Below, one piece after another: positions 9,328-19,240 of a DNA stretch of 54,117 nucleotides (positions are counted from its first letter, which is position 1; each line of letters opens with the position of its first letter). The stretch is from assembly GCA_025453875.1 (NCBI GenBank), contig JALOPN010000001.1, positions 1 through 54,117 on the forward strand, written 5' to 3'. The notes below the pieces were generated by a model. The model was not told the DNA's origin and did no database searches. It saw nothing but the letters and a program-made list of their open reading frames with translations. The stretch comes from Gemmatimonadaceae bacterium. GTDB taxonomy: Bacteria > Gemmatimonadota > Gemmatimonadetes > Gemmatimonadales > Gemmatimonadaceae. The translations under genes were made by a program, and so were the position numbers.

Positions 9328-11835
9328 TCATGGCACGCGGCGGAATCGCGTCTCGCGCGCCGGACTCGTGCGCTTGCCGAGTTGTGTCGTCATGCGTCGG
9401 ACCCGATCTGCGAGCTTCTCGGTGCTGATCTTCTCCCGGGTGCGATCGATGAGCAGCGGAAATGCCAACGGCGTCGGTCGCTCGACGTCCTGCAGTCGCA
9501 CGGTCGAAGTGCTCAGGCGCGCCAGCACGCGACCGAGTCGGCTCGCCTCCAGCTGACGCTCCAGGACTTCCCGCTGCGCCTGCCGAACGAGCAGGTTGTC
9601 GGGATCGTGTCGGGTGAATACATCGTACAGCAAGCCACTCGACGCCTGCACGTGCTTCATCGATTTCTGCTGACCGGGATAGCCCGTGAAGATGAGGCCG
9701 GCAACGCGGGCGATTTCGCGAAACTGACGCCGTGCCAGCTCCGCCGCGTTCAGACTCTGCACGATATCGTGCAGCAGATGCTGCGTGGAGAGCAGCCCCG
9801 CGTCCAGCGCTTCCTCGAAGGGCGCACGCTCGGGGGCGAGCAGCTCGAAGCCGTAATCGTTGCACGCGAAGGTGAAGCTGATCGGCCCGAGTTGCGCGAG
9901 CCGGTAGGCGAACAGCGCGGACAGCCCTTCGTGCACGAGTCGCCCCTCGAACGGATAGACGAACAGATGATGTCCGTCCTTCGTCTCGCATCGTTCGACG
10001 AGCAGCTCGTCCGGTGCCGGGATCGCCGAGCGTTCGGCCTGCAGCGAGAGCACGGGGCGCACTGCCTGCAATTCGGCGGTGTCGAACACGCCTCGGCGCG
10101 CGGCATCGAGCGTATCACGCACCGCGGCGGCCAGTTCGGTGGAAAGCGGCATGCGCGCGCCCTGCCACCGGGGAATCGCGTTGGCACGTGACTTGGCCTT
10201 GCGCACCCATGCGACCAGATCGCGCACGCGGACGAACTCGAGCGCGCGGCCACTGAACAGGAACACATCGCCCGGGGCAAGTCGCGCGACGAAGCTCTCC
10301 TCCACCGTACCAAGCCGACCGCCGGTGAGAAAGCGGACGGCGATGGCGGTGTCACTCACGATGGTGCCGATGTTGAGCACGTGGCGACGCGCAACCTGGG
10401 GATTCGCCGCGCGATACACGCCGCTCTCGTCCGCCGCCAGCCGCGCGTACTCCGGATACGCCGCGAGTGCGGCGCCGCCGTGCGTGCAGAAGTCGAGCGC
10501 CCAGCCAAGTTCGTCGTCGGTCAGCGCCGCATAGGCGCGCGTCGTGTGCAGCTCGGCCAGCGCACTCGAGCGCGTGAACCCGCCGCCGAGCGCGAGTGTG
10601 ACCAGGTGTTGCACCAGCAGATCAAGCGGACGATCCACCGGCTCGCGTGATTCGATGGCGTTCGCACGCATGGCATCACGCGCTGCCGACACTTCGACCA
10701 GTTCGAGGGCGTGTGTCGGGACGCACACGATCCGTGAGGGGCGGCCCGGTGAGTGACCGGAGCGGCCGGCGCGCTGCAGTAGACGCGCGACGCCCTTCGG
10801 GCTGCCGATCTGCAACACGAGATCGACCGGCGAGAAGTCCACGCCAAGGTCGAGCGAGGAGGTCGCCACGACGATGCGGTAGCGTCCGGAGCGCAAGCCG
10901 TCCTCCACCGCGCGTCGCTCCTTCACATCGAGCGAGCCATGATGAATGGCCGTGAACTCGAACCACTCGGGGCGCGTCGACACGATCGACTGGAACCACA
11001 GTTCGCACTGCGATCGCGTATTCGTGAACACGATCGCGCTCTCGGCGCGCTCCAGGCGGTCGAGCACCTGCGGCAACAGGCGCACGTTGAGGTGGCCCGC
11101 CCACGGGAAGCGGTCCATCTCCTCGGGCACCAGAGACTCGACCACGATGTCCTTGGGTACGAGCCCACGCACGAGGCGTCCGGTGCGCGGCCGTCCGTCG
11201 GGTGTACGCCCGAGCAGGGTGTCACGGGCCTCCTCGAGATTGCCCAACGTTGCCGAGAGTCCCCAGGTCCGCATGTCCGGCGCGACGGCCCGAAGGCGTG
11301 CCAGGGCCAGCTCGGTCTGTGCGCCACGTTTGGTCGACATCAGCTCGTGCCATTCATCCACGATCACGCATCGCAGCGAGGCGAAGAGCGTCGCGTGATC
11401 CGGTCGGCAGAGCAGCAGCGACAGCGACTCGGGGGTCGTGACCAGCGCACTCGGCAATCGCTCACGCTGCCGCGCACGCACCGAGGCCTTGGTGTCACCG
11501 GTGCGCGATTCGATGGAGAAGGGCACGCCCAGTGCGTCGATCGCGTCGCGCAGGGCGCGTTCCGTGTCCGCCGCGAGCGCGCGCAGCGGCGTGAGCCAGA
11601 GGACGCGCAGTGGTTCGGTGCCTCGAGCGCTCGTGGGCGCATCACGCGACACGGCTTCGAGCAACGGACCGAGCCACGCGGCGTACGTCTTGCCCGTCCC
11701 GGTGGCCGCGTGGACGAGCCCGGACTCGCCGCGCGCGTAGGCGTCCCAGACCTCCCGCTGAAATGCAAAGGGCGACCAACCGCGCGATGCGAACCAGCGG
11801 TCGATCGGAGCGTGCGATGGGAGGGGCGTCGTCAT
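9328..11835 (-). CDS. ligase-associated DEXH-box helicase (Lhr-core type)
   Basis: 835 aa. Walker A is HAATGTGKT, DEXH is VIVDEWHEL, followed by SATLGN and a RecA2 domain QRAGRSGH. Its ATG (11835..11833) overlaps the ligase stop (11834..11832). Confidence 0.9.
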   Translation of the reverse strand: MTTPLPSHAPIDRWFASRGWSPFAFQREVWDAYARGESGLVHAATGTGKTYAAWLGPLLEAVSRDAPTSARGTEPLRVLWLTPLRALAADTERALRDAIDALGVPFSIESRTGDTKASVRARQRERLPSALVTTPESLSLLLCRPDHATLFASLRCVIVDEWHELMSTKRGAQTELALARLRAVAPDMRTWGLSATLGNLEEARDTLLGRTPDGRPRTGRLVRGLVPKDIVVESLVPEEMDRFPWAGHLNVRLLPQVLDRLERAESAIVFTNTRSQCELWFQSIVSTRPEWFEFTAIHHGSLDVKERRAVEDGLRSGRYRIVVATSSLDLGVDFSPVDLVLQIGSPKGVARLLQRAGRSGHSPGRPSRIVCVPTHALELVEVSAARDAMRANAIESREPVDRPLDLLVQHLVTLALGGGFTRSSALAELHTTRAYAALTDDELGWALDFCTHGGAALAAYPEYARLAADESGVYRAANPQVARRHVLNIGTIVSDTAIAVRFLTGGRLGTVEESFVARLAPGDVFLFSGRALEFVRVRDLVAWVRKAKSRANAIPRWQGARMPLSTELAAAVRDTLDAARRGVFDTAELQAVRPVLSLQAERSAIPAPDELLVERCETKDGHHLFVYPFEGRLVHEGLSALFAYRLAQLGPISFTFACNDYGFELLAPERAPFEEALDAGLLSTQHLLHDIVQSLNAAELARRQFREIARVAGLIFTGYPGQQKSMKHVQASSGLLYDVFTRHDPDNLLVRQAQREVLERQLEASRLGRVLARLSTSTVRLQDVERPTPLAFPLLIDRTREKISTEKLADRVRRMTTQLGKRTSPARETRFRRVP

Positions 11836-13436
11836 GACGACGTGCGCGAGGCGCGCAACATCGCGCGTACGGTGTCGATGGTGTCGGCATCAGCCACCTG
11901 CTTGTCACGACGCCACCGCGCAATGCGTGGAAAGCGAACCGCGAGACCACTCTTGTGGCGTGTGCTTTCCTGAATGCCTTCGAACGCCAGTTCGAACACA
12001 AGCTGCGGTTCAACCGTGCGGACGGGGCCGAACTTCTCACGCGTGTGCGCCCGGATGAAGCGATCCACCTCGCGAATCTCGGCGTCGGTCAATCCCGAAT
12101 ACGCCTTGGCAAAGGGAACGAGTCCGTCGCCGTCGCGCAGCGCAAACGTGTAGTCCGTGTACAGACCGGCGCGGCGGCCGTGGCCAGCCTGCGCGTAGAC
12201 AAGCACGGCGTCCACCGTGAGTGGGGTCACCTTCCACTTCCACCAGTCGCCGCCGCGGCGTCCGACGCCGTACACGCTGTCGCGTCGCTTGAGCATGAGC
12301 CCTTCGGCTTCCTGAGCGCGCGCCTCTGCGCGCGCGTCGCGCAGCGCAGACCAGGACGCACTGGTGATCTCCGGCGACAACTGCACCGCGGCGCCCGTGG
12401 GCAGCGCCTGCACCAGTGTCGTCAGCCGTGCACGGCGTTCGTGCAACGGACGTGAGCGCAGGTCGACGCCGCCGGACTCCAGGCAATCGTAGGCGATCAG
12501 ACGCACCGGCACCTCGCTCAGCAGTGCGCGTCCGACCCGCTTGCGATTGAGGCGACGTTGCAGTGCCGTGAACGGCAGCGGTGCGTCGTCGCCCCACGCG
12601 AGCAGTTCACCATCGAGCACGGTCCCGTCGGGCAACAGCGCACACGTCGCTTCCACCTCCGGAAAGCGACCGGTGAGCAGCTCTTCGCCACGACTCCAGA
12701 GCATCACACGTCCACGCCGACACACGACCTGCGCGCGAATGCCGTCCCACTTCCACTCGGCGAGCCACGCGGTGGATTCGCCGAGCGATTCGAGCGGCTG
12801 TTCAAGCGGATGGGCAAGAAAGAACGGATAAGGACGGCTCCAGTCAGCGTCCGTTGTTTCGGCGCGCGTGAGCGCGGTGAACCACGCGGACGTTGGCTCC
12901 CACTGCCCCATGAGGCGATGCGCAATGACATCGGTGGGAAGGGCGGCGACCTCGGCGAGGGCCCGGACGACAAGCCCATCGGAGACGCCCACGCGAAATC
13001 CGCCGGTGAGCAGCTTGTTGAACACGAAACGTTCGGTGCCGTGCAGCTGCTGCCACGCTTGTCGCAATGCGGCCTGCTGTTGCGGTGCGTCGAGTGTGGC
13101 GAGTGGCAGCAGTCGCTGCTCGACCCACGCGGCCAGCGTATCGTCAGATCGGTCGTGTCCGGCGGGAACGAGCAGCGTGATCGTCTCCGCGAGATCGCCC
13201 GCCTGCGCGTACGCGTCTTCGAAGAGCCACTCCGGAATCGCGGCGGCTTCGGCGGCCCAACGGCGCAGATCGGGCGCGCGGACCAATCGTTTCGGTCGAC
13301 GTCCCGTGAGAAACGCGACCGCCCACGCCGCGTCGGCCGCCGGTGCACTGCGGAAGAAGTGCACGAGAGCCGACACCTTGGCGGAGGTGCTGGTGGACGC
13401 GTCGATCGCGTCGTAGAGCGCCGCGAACTCCTTCAT
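11832..13436 (-). CDS. ATP-dependent DNA ligase (ligase-associated damage-response operon)
   Basis: Adenylation motif I is AEWKWDGIRAQV, and the N-terminus is MKEFAALYDAIDASTSTSAKV. The track ORF extends to 13814 but overlaps the upstream gene. The ATG at 13436 forms an ATGA overlap with the exonuclease stop. Confidence 0.9.
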   Translation of the reverse strand: MKEFAALYDAIDASTSTSAKVSALVHFFRSAPAADAAWAVAFLTGRRPKRLVRAPDLRRWAAEAAAIPEWLFEDAYAQAGDLAETITLLVPAGHDRSDDTLAAWVEQRLLPLATLDAPQQQAALRQAWQQLHGTERFVFNKLLTGGFRVGVSDGLVVRALAEVAALPTDVIAHRLMGQWEPTSAWFTALTRAETTDADWSRPYPFFLAHPLEQPLESLGESTAWLAEWKWDGIRAQVVCRRGRVMLWSRGEELLTGRFPEVEATCALLPDGTVLDGELLAWGDDAPLPFTALQRRLNRKRVGRALLSEVPVRLIAYDCLESGGVDLRSRPLHERRARLTTLVQALPTGAAVQLSPEITSASWSALRDARAEARAQEAEGLMLKRRDSVYGVGRRGGDWWKWKVTPLTVDAVLVYAQAGHGRRAGLYTDYTFALRDGDGLVPFAKAYSGLTDAEIREVDRFIRAHTREKFGPVRTVEPQLVFELAFEGIQESTRHKSGLAVRFPRIARWRRDKQVADADTIDTVRAMLRASRTSS

Positions 13437-14488
13437 GGCGCGCTCGAAGATGCATCGGCTGACAGGGTCGTCGTGTCCGGCGTCTCGTCCACGGCACGAT
13501 CGTCCTGCTCCCCTTCGAAGCGCGTGGGGAGCGCTTCCGCGTCGTAGCCCTGTTCGCGCAGCCATCGCACCACGGGACCGGTGAAGCCGTGCGTCGGCAG
13601 CACGCGCTCCGCTCCCGTGGCCGCGATCGCGGTAAGCAGCTGTGGCCAGTCCACGTGATCGGACACGACGAAGCCGCGATCGACGCCGCGACGTCGACGC
13701 GCTCCGCGCACTTGCATCCATCCGCTCGCGAACGCCGCTGCCGCGGTGCCGAAGCGACGCGCCCACGGCGTGCCATCGACACCTGGTGGGGCCAGCACGA
13801 GCGCGCGCGACCACGTGGGGTCGCGGTGGTCGAGGGTGGCGTAGGTGGTGGGCGGCAGCGCGATGCCCGCGTCGCGATAGCGCGCGGTCATCGTCTCCAC
13901 CGCACCGTGTGTGAGGATGGGACCGATCTCGGGATCGAGCCCCGCCAGCAGCCGTTGTGCCTTGCCCAGTGCGTAGCCGTAAAGCATCGATGCGCGACCC
14001 GCGTCAGCATTGGCCCGCCACCACGAGTTGATCTCGGCGGTGACGACCTCGGGTGCGGGCCAGCGATAGATCGGCAGTCCGAACGTGCACTCGGTGACAA
14101 AGGTGTGGCAGCGTACAGGCTCCCACGGCTCGCACGTGGGGTCGGGGTCGATCTTGTAATCACCCGAGACCACCCACACTTCGCCCCGATGTTCGACGCG
14201 CACCTGGGCGGAGCCGAGGATGTGCCCCGCCGGATGGAAGGAGAACGTCACACCGTTCACCGTATTCGGCGCACCGTACGGCACGCCACGCGCCCGATCG
14301 GCGATGGCGCCAAGTCGTTGTCGGGTAACGCCGAGGCCGGGCTCGGCCACGAGGTACGCGTCGCACCCCCAGCGCAGATGGTCCCCGTGCGCGTGCGTGA
14401 TGACCGCCCGCTCGACCGGGGCCCAGGGATCGATGTAGCAATCGGCGGGCTCGCACCAGAGCCCACGGTCGGTCACACGAAGCAGCAT
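13433..14488 (-). CDS. ligase-associated DNA damage response exonuclease (metallo-beta-lactamase/beta-CASP fold)
   Basis: VITHAHGDHL MBL motif and FHPAGHILGSA. The start is either the ATG at 14488 (MLLRVTDRGLWCEPADCYIDPW) or the GTG at 14506. Confidence 0.85.
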   Translation of the reverse strand: MLLRVTDRGLWCEPADCYIDPWAPVERAVITHAHGDHLRWGCDAYLVAEPGLGVTRQRLGAIADRARGVPYGAPNTVNGVTFSFHPAGHILGSAQVRVEHRGEVWVVSGDYKIDPDPTCEPWEPVRCHTFVTECTFGLPIYRWPAPEVVTAEINSWWRANADAGRASMLYGYALGKAQRLLAGLDPEIGPILTHGAVETMTARYRDAGIALPPTTYATLDHRDPTWSRALVLAPPGVDGTPWARRFGTAAAAFASGWMQVRGARRRRGVDRGFVVSDHVDWPQLLTAIAATGAERVLPTHGFTGPVVRWLREQGYDAEALPTRFEGEQDDRAVDETPDTTTLSADASSSAP

Positions 14489-14541
14489 GCGGAGTGAGCG
14501 ATTCACGGGACGCCAGCGTTCCGGGGCGGTAAGTTAGCGCG

Positions 14542-15507
14542 ATGGAACCTCGGCATCGGATTGGACGGTGGGGGTGGCGCGGCGCCCTCGCGCTTGGCGC
14601 GGCGCTGCTGCTGAACGCACCGGTGGAGGCGCAGCGGCGCTTCACCACGGCGCACCGGTGCAGCGCGTCGCAACAGGCGCGCGGCTGCCTTGTGGTGCTC
14701 GGCTCGGGCGTGCCCGTGCCCGATCCGAGCCGTATGGGGCCGGCCTACGCGGTGGTGTACGGTGACCGCACGTTTCTCTTCGATGCGGGCGCAGGCGTGA
14801 TGCGCCGCGCCGCCGAGGCGGGGCTCGCCATTGACGGCTTCACGCACGTCTTCCTGACGCATCTGCACACCGATCATACTCTCGGCCTGCCCGACGTGAT
14901 CTTCACGAGTTGGGTGATGGGGCGACGTCGCGCGATGGCGCTGACCGGGCCCCCGGGCACGGCGCGTCTTGTCGAGCATGTGCAGGTGGCGTGGTCGGAA
15001 GACATTCGGGTGCGCACCGATGGGCTCGAGCGCGGTCAACCCGGTGGGGAGCGGGTGGTGGTGCACGAGACGGACGGCGGGGTGGTCTACGACAGCGCGG
15101 GCGTACGCATTCGGGCCGTACGTGTTCCGCACGGCGAGTGGAAAACGGCCTTCGGCTATGTCATCGAGTTGCCGGAACGACGGATCGTGTTGAGTGGTGA
15201 CACGCGCGCGAGCGCCGAACTCGAAGCGGCGGCGCGACATGCGGATGTGCTGGTGCACGAGACATATCCGCTGGTGCGCCTCAAACCGGAAGATCGTCCG
15301 GGAGGCGACGCATGGCCGGCGTACATGCGGAGCGTGCATACGAGTGACGAGGAGGTGGGGGCGCTCGCCGAGCGGTCCCGCGTGCGGCTGGTGGTGCTGT
15401 CGCACGTCGTGTGGATGGGCGGGACCGATGCAGAACTCGAGGCCGGTGTGCGGCGCGGTGGCTACCGCGGCCCCATTCGCGTAGCACGTGATCTGGAGGT
15501 GTACTGA
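14542..15507 (+). CDS. secreted MBL-fold metallo-hydrolase (RNase Z/ElaC-like core)
   Basis: The N-terminal signal is WRGALALGAALLLNAPVEAQ. Motifs are LTHLHTDHTLG and a distal SGDT..HE..LSH. Confidence 0.75.
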   Translation: MEPRHRIGRWGWRGALALGAALLLNAPVEAQRRFTTAHRCSASQQARGCLVVLGSGVPVPDPSRMGPAYAVVYGDRTFLFDAGAGVMRRAAEAGLAIDGFTHVFLTHLHTDHTLGLPDVIFTSWVMGRRRAMALTGPPGTARLVEHVQVAWSEDIRVRTDGLERGQPGGERVVVHETDGGVVYDSAGVRIRAVRVPHGEWKTAFGYVIELPERRIVLSGDTRASAELEAAARHADVLVHETYPLVRLKPEDRPGGDAWPAYMRSVHTSDEEVGALAERSRVRLVVLSHVVWMGGTDAELEAGVRRGGYRGPIRVARDLEVY

Positions 15508-15508
15508 G

Positions 15509-18088
15509 ATGCGAGCAACGCTACACTGGTGCGCGGTGACGCTGGTCGTGACCTCGTTGGCGTGCGGTGCGCGCGACACGCGTGTTGCAGCATCGCTCCC
15601 CGAACCGGGCGTCGCGCTGGGGCTGGCAGAGCAACGGGCCGCCACAACGCGCGAGCTGCGCTATGACGTGCGCTTCGACATTCCGGAAGAACGGAGTGCC
15701 CCGGTGACGGGCGAGGTGACGATACGCTTCGTGCACGTAGCAGCCGCTCCCGAGCGTGACGCGCCGCTGGTCCTCGACTTTCGCGCGCCCGCCGATCATG
15801 TGCTCGGCGTGACGCTCGATGGGGACTCGGTCGCGTACACCGTGCCTGAGGATCACATCGTGTTGCCGGTGATCGCCGAGGGCGAGCACGAGGTGCGGGT
15901 GCGCTTTCGCAGCACCGAAGCGGCACTCAATCGGCAGGATGACTTCCTGTATGCGCTGTTCGTGCCCGATCGGGCGAGCACGGCGCTGCCGGTGTTCGAG
16001 CAGCCGGATCTCAAGGCGCGCTTCACCCTCTCGCTCACGATCCCGGCGGCGTGGCAGGCGCTCGCCAACGGCGCGCTCGTCACGCGCGACAGCAGCGATG
16101 GCGCGCGGCACGTCCTGCGCTTTGCCGAAACGGCACCCATCAGTACGTATCTGTTTGCGTTCGCCACGGGTGCACTGCGCACCGAGACGGCGCAGCGCGC
16201 GGGTCGCACGTTCACGATGTACCATCGTGAGACCGATGCCGGACGCCTCGCACGCAATCGGGACGCGATCTTCGACCTGCATGCGACGGCCCTTGCGTGG
16301 CTCGAGGACTACACGGCGATCGCGTATCCGTTCGGCAAGTTCGATTTCCTCGCCGTGCCGGCGTTCCAGTTCGGTGGCATGGAGCACCCAGGCGCGATCT
16401 GGTATCGCGCCGAGTCGCTGTTTCTCGACGAGGCACCCTCGCGCGCGCAGCTGCTCAGCCGCGCGAGTCTCATTGCGCACGAAACCGCGCACATGTGGTT
16501 CGGCGATCTCGTGACGATGCGCTGGTTCAACGACGTGTGGATGAAGGAGGTCTTTGCGAACTTCATGGCGGCGAAGATCGCCGGCCCGTCGTTTCCGGAT
16601 CTCAACCTGCCACTACGCTTCTTCCAGGCGCATCACCCCACCGCGTACGGAGTGGATCGCACGGCCGGTGCCAACCCGATTCGCCAACCGCTCGAGAATC
16701 TGCGCGAGGCGGGCTCGCTGTACGGCGCCATCATCTACCAGAAGGCGCCAATCGTGATGCAGCAGCTCGAGGCGCTGGTGGGCGAGACGGCGCTGCGCGA
16801 CGGTTTGCGCACGTACCTCGATCGCCATCGCTTTGGCAACGCCACCTGGCCGGATCTCATCGCGATCCTCGATGACGCCACGCCCCTTGATCTCACCGAG
16901 TGGAGCCGCGCATGGGTTGACGAACCGGGGCGTCCGCGCATCACCGTGCGCTGGGTCGACTCGGGGCTGGTGGTGACGCAAATCGATGATCGCGCGGGTC
17001 GCAATCTGCGCTGGACGCAGCCCATCGTGATTGCCCTCGGCTTCGGCGACACGGTCGCACTCGAGCGCATCGCGCTGCGGGAAGGCTCGGCGTTCGCTCG
17101 CATTGCGAGTGGCGCGCCGGATTTCGTGCTGCCGGGCGCCGATGGCATTGGCTACGGACGCTTCGTGCTCGATGCGGCAAGTCGCGAGGCCCTGCGCTCG
17201 CGTGTGCACACCCTGGCGGACCCGGTGCACCGTGCGGTGGCGTGGCAGAGTTTGTATGAAGAAGTGCTTGATGATTCGTTGTCGGGAGCGCAGCTGCTTG
17301 ACGCCGCCTTGCGCGGCCTCGAACTGGAGCGGGACGAGCTGATCGTATCGCAACTGCTCGGGCTCGTGCGCAACGTCTTCTGGCGTCACGTGAGCGACAG
17401 TGCGCAACGCGCCGTGGCGCCGCGTGTGGAGGCAACGCTCTGGCGTGAACTGGATCGGGCGTCTGCGCCGAGTCGCAAGGGGAGCTTTTTCGCGGCGCTT
17501 GTCGGGGTGACGCGCACGGAGGAGGGCATCGCGCGTCTCGAGCGCATCTGGCGCGGCGCGGAGCGGCCCCGCGGTCTGCCGATCGCCGAGCCACAGCTCG
17601 TCGCACTCGCCGAAGCGCTGGCGCTTCGCGGTGTGCCCAATGCGGACTCGCTGCTCGATGCGCAGGAAGCCCGGATCACCAATCCGGATCGTCTCGCGCG
17701 CTTCCGATTCGTGCGGCCGGCGCTGAGTGCGGATGCGCGCGTGCGTGATTCACTGTTCCGGTCGTTCGCCGATGTGGCGCAACGCCGACGGGAGTCGTGG
17801 GTCCTCGATGCCATGGCGCTGCTGCATCACCCGCTGCGTGCGCAGTCCTCGCTGCCGCTCGTCCGTCCCGCGCTCGATCTCACGCTCGAGATCCAGCGCA
17901 CCGGTGACATCTTCTTCCCGCTGCGCTGGCTGAACGCGACGCTCGACGGGCACCGTTCATCGGCGGCGGCCGATACCGTCCGCGCGTATCTCGACGCCAA
18001 TCCCGAGCTGCCACCTCGACTGCGCGGCAAGGTGCTGCAGGCCGCCGACGACCTCTTCCGCGTGAGCGGTCGCCGGCCGAATTCGTGA
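15509..18088 (+). CDS. M1-family aminopeptidase (aminopeptidase N-like), probable lipoprotein
   Basis: FGGMEHPGAI (GxMEN variant) and HETAHMWFGDLVTMRWFNDVWMKE (HExxH-x18-E). I chose the ATG at 15509, preceded by GGAGG, which gives MRATLHWCAVTLVVTSLAC. The track start at 15488 overlaps the upstream gene. Confidence 0.9.
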   Translation: MRATLHWCAVTLVVTSLACGARDTRVAASLPEPGVALGLAEQRAATTRELRYDVRFDIPEERSAPVTGEVTIRFVHVAAAPERDAPLVLDFRAPADHVLGVTLDGDSVAYTVPEDHIVLPVIAEGEHEVRVRFRSTEAALNRQDDFLYALFVPDRASTALPVFEQPDLKARFTLSLTIPAAWQALANGALVTRDSSDGARHVLRFAETAPISTYLFAFATGALRTETAQRAGRTFTMYHRETDAGRLARNRDAIFDLHATALAWLEDYTAIAYPFGKFDFLAVPAFQFGGMEHPGAIWYRAESLFLDEAPSRAQLLSRASLIAHETAHMWFGDLVTMRWFNDVWMKEVFANFMAAKIAGPSFPDLNLPLRFFQAHHPTAYGVDRTAGANPIRQPLENLREAGSLYGAIIYQKAPIVMQQLEALVGETALRDGLRTYLDRHRFGNATWPDLIAILDDATPLDLTEWSRAWVDEPGRPRITVRWVDSGLVVTQIDDRAGRNLRWTQPIVIALGFGDTVALERIALREGSAFARIASGAPDFVLPGADGIGYGRFVLDAASREALRSRVHTLADPVHRAVAWQSLYEEVLDDSLSGAQLLDAALRGLELERDELIVSQLLGLVRNVFWRHVSDSAQRAVAPRVEATLWRELDRASAPSRKGSFFAALVGVTRTEEGIARLERIWRGAERPRGLPIAEPQLVALAEALALRGVPNADSLLDAQEARITNPDRLARFRFVRPALSADARVRDSLFRSFADVAQRRRESWVLDAMALLHHPLRAQSSLPLVRPALDLTLEIQRTGDIFFPLRWLNATLDGHRSSAAADTVRAYLDANPELPPRLRGKVLQAADDLFRVSGRRPNS

Positions 18089-18103
18089 CGATGGACGCGC
18101 TGC

Positions 18104-19174
18104 TCAGGGCGTGATGATGGTCACGCCCGGGTGTGGCGCCGTGTGCAACGACGCGAGGGCGTCGGGTGCGGCGTCGAGCGGGATCTCCCGCGTGACGAGC
18201 CGCGCCGGATCGAGCCGCCCCTCGCGCACCATGCCAAGCAATCGAGGATACGCGTGCGCGGCGAGCCCATGGCTGCCGACGACTTCGAGTTCACGTGCGA
18301 TTACGAGATGCAGCGGGAACGGGGGATTCGCATCCGCACCGGCCATGAGGCCGACCTGCACGAGGCGTCCATTCTTGCGCAGCGACTCGAGCGCACCGCG
18401 TGACGTCGCAGCAGACCCGAGGGCGTCGAGTGCCACATCGACACCGCCGCGGGTGAACTCGCGAATGTGATCGCGGACCGCGCGTGCGCGCGCAATCGTT
18501 GGAGCGCCCGTCGTGTCATCGCGCGCGTCGAGGCACAGTTCCGCACCCGCGGCTTCGGCGAGGGCGAGCGCCGCGGGTGACACATCCACCGCGATGGCGT
18601 GCGCGCCAACCGCCCGTGCGATCATGATGGCCGACAGCCCGACGCCACCGCATCCGAACACCGCCACGCGATCACCCTCGCGTACCCGGCCCTGATCGAG
18701 TACGGCACGAAACGACGTGGCGAATCGGCAGCCGAGGCTGGCGGCCGTGCTGAAGGACATCTCGTCCGGCAGGCGCACGAGGTTGAGGTCGGCGTGATGC
18801 AACGCGACGTACTCCGCGTAGGACCCCCAGTGCGTGAAGCCCGGCTGCGTCTGGTGATCACACACCTGCCCGTCACCCCGTGCGCAGGGTGGGCATGCGC
18901 CACAGGCACACACGAAGGGCACGGTCACACGATCCCCTTCGCGCCAGCGCGTCACGTCGCGTCCAACCGCCGCGACGGTCCCGGCCAGTTCGTGTCCCGG
19001 TACGTGCGGGAACGCGCGAATGTCGGGGTCGTGGCCCTGCCAGCCGTGCCAATCGCTGCGACAGAGGCCGGTCGCGTGGACGCGCACCACGACGCCGTGT
19101 GACGGTGGCGATGGATCGGGGAGCGTGGCGACCCGCAAAGGGCCGGCGAAGGCATCGAAGCAGACGGCGCGCAT
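18104..19174 (-). CDS. zinc-dependent alcohol dehydrogenase family oxidoreductase
   Basis: Only the C-terminal 356 aa of the 708-aa track ORF look real. These start MRAVCFDAF and contain CRSDWH, GHELAG, the structural-Zn site CACGACPPCARGDGQVC and the Rossmann motif VFGCGGVG. Confidence 0.85.
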   Translation of the reverse strand: MRAVCFDAFAGPLRVATLPDPSPPSHGVVVRVHATGLCRSDWHGWQGHDPDIRAFPHVPGHELAGTVAAVGRDVTRWREGDRVTVPFVCACGACPPCARGDGQVCDHQTQPGFTHWGSYAEYVALHHADLNLVRLPDEMSFSTAASLGCRFATSFRAVLDQGRVREGDRVAVFGCGGVGLSAIMIARAVGAHAIAVDVSPAALALAEAAGAELCLDARDDTTGAPTIARARAVRDHIREFTRGGVDVALDALGSAATSRGALESLRKNGRLVQVGLMAGADANPPFPLHLVIARELEVVGSHGLAAHAYPRLLGMVREGRLDPARLVTREIPLDAAPDALASLHTAPHPGVTIITP

Positions 19175-19240
19175 GATACCTTTCAAGCTATCGGACGCAC
19201 CGCGTCTCCGACACGCCTCGGCCTCTGCACGGGACCTCGC

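Noticed and set aside
14503-15645. 380-aa minus-strand ORF overlapping the MBL hydrolase gene.
   Set aside because: The plus strand carries the signal peptide and the HxHxDH motif. The minus-strand product is low-complexity and Arg/His-rich.
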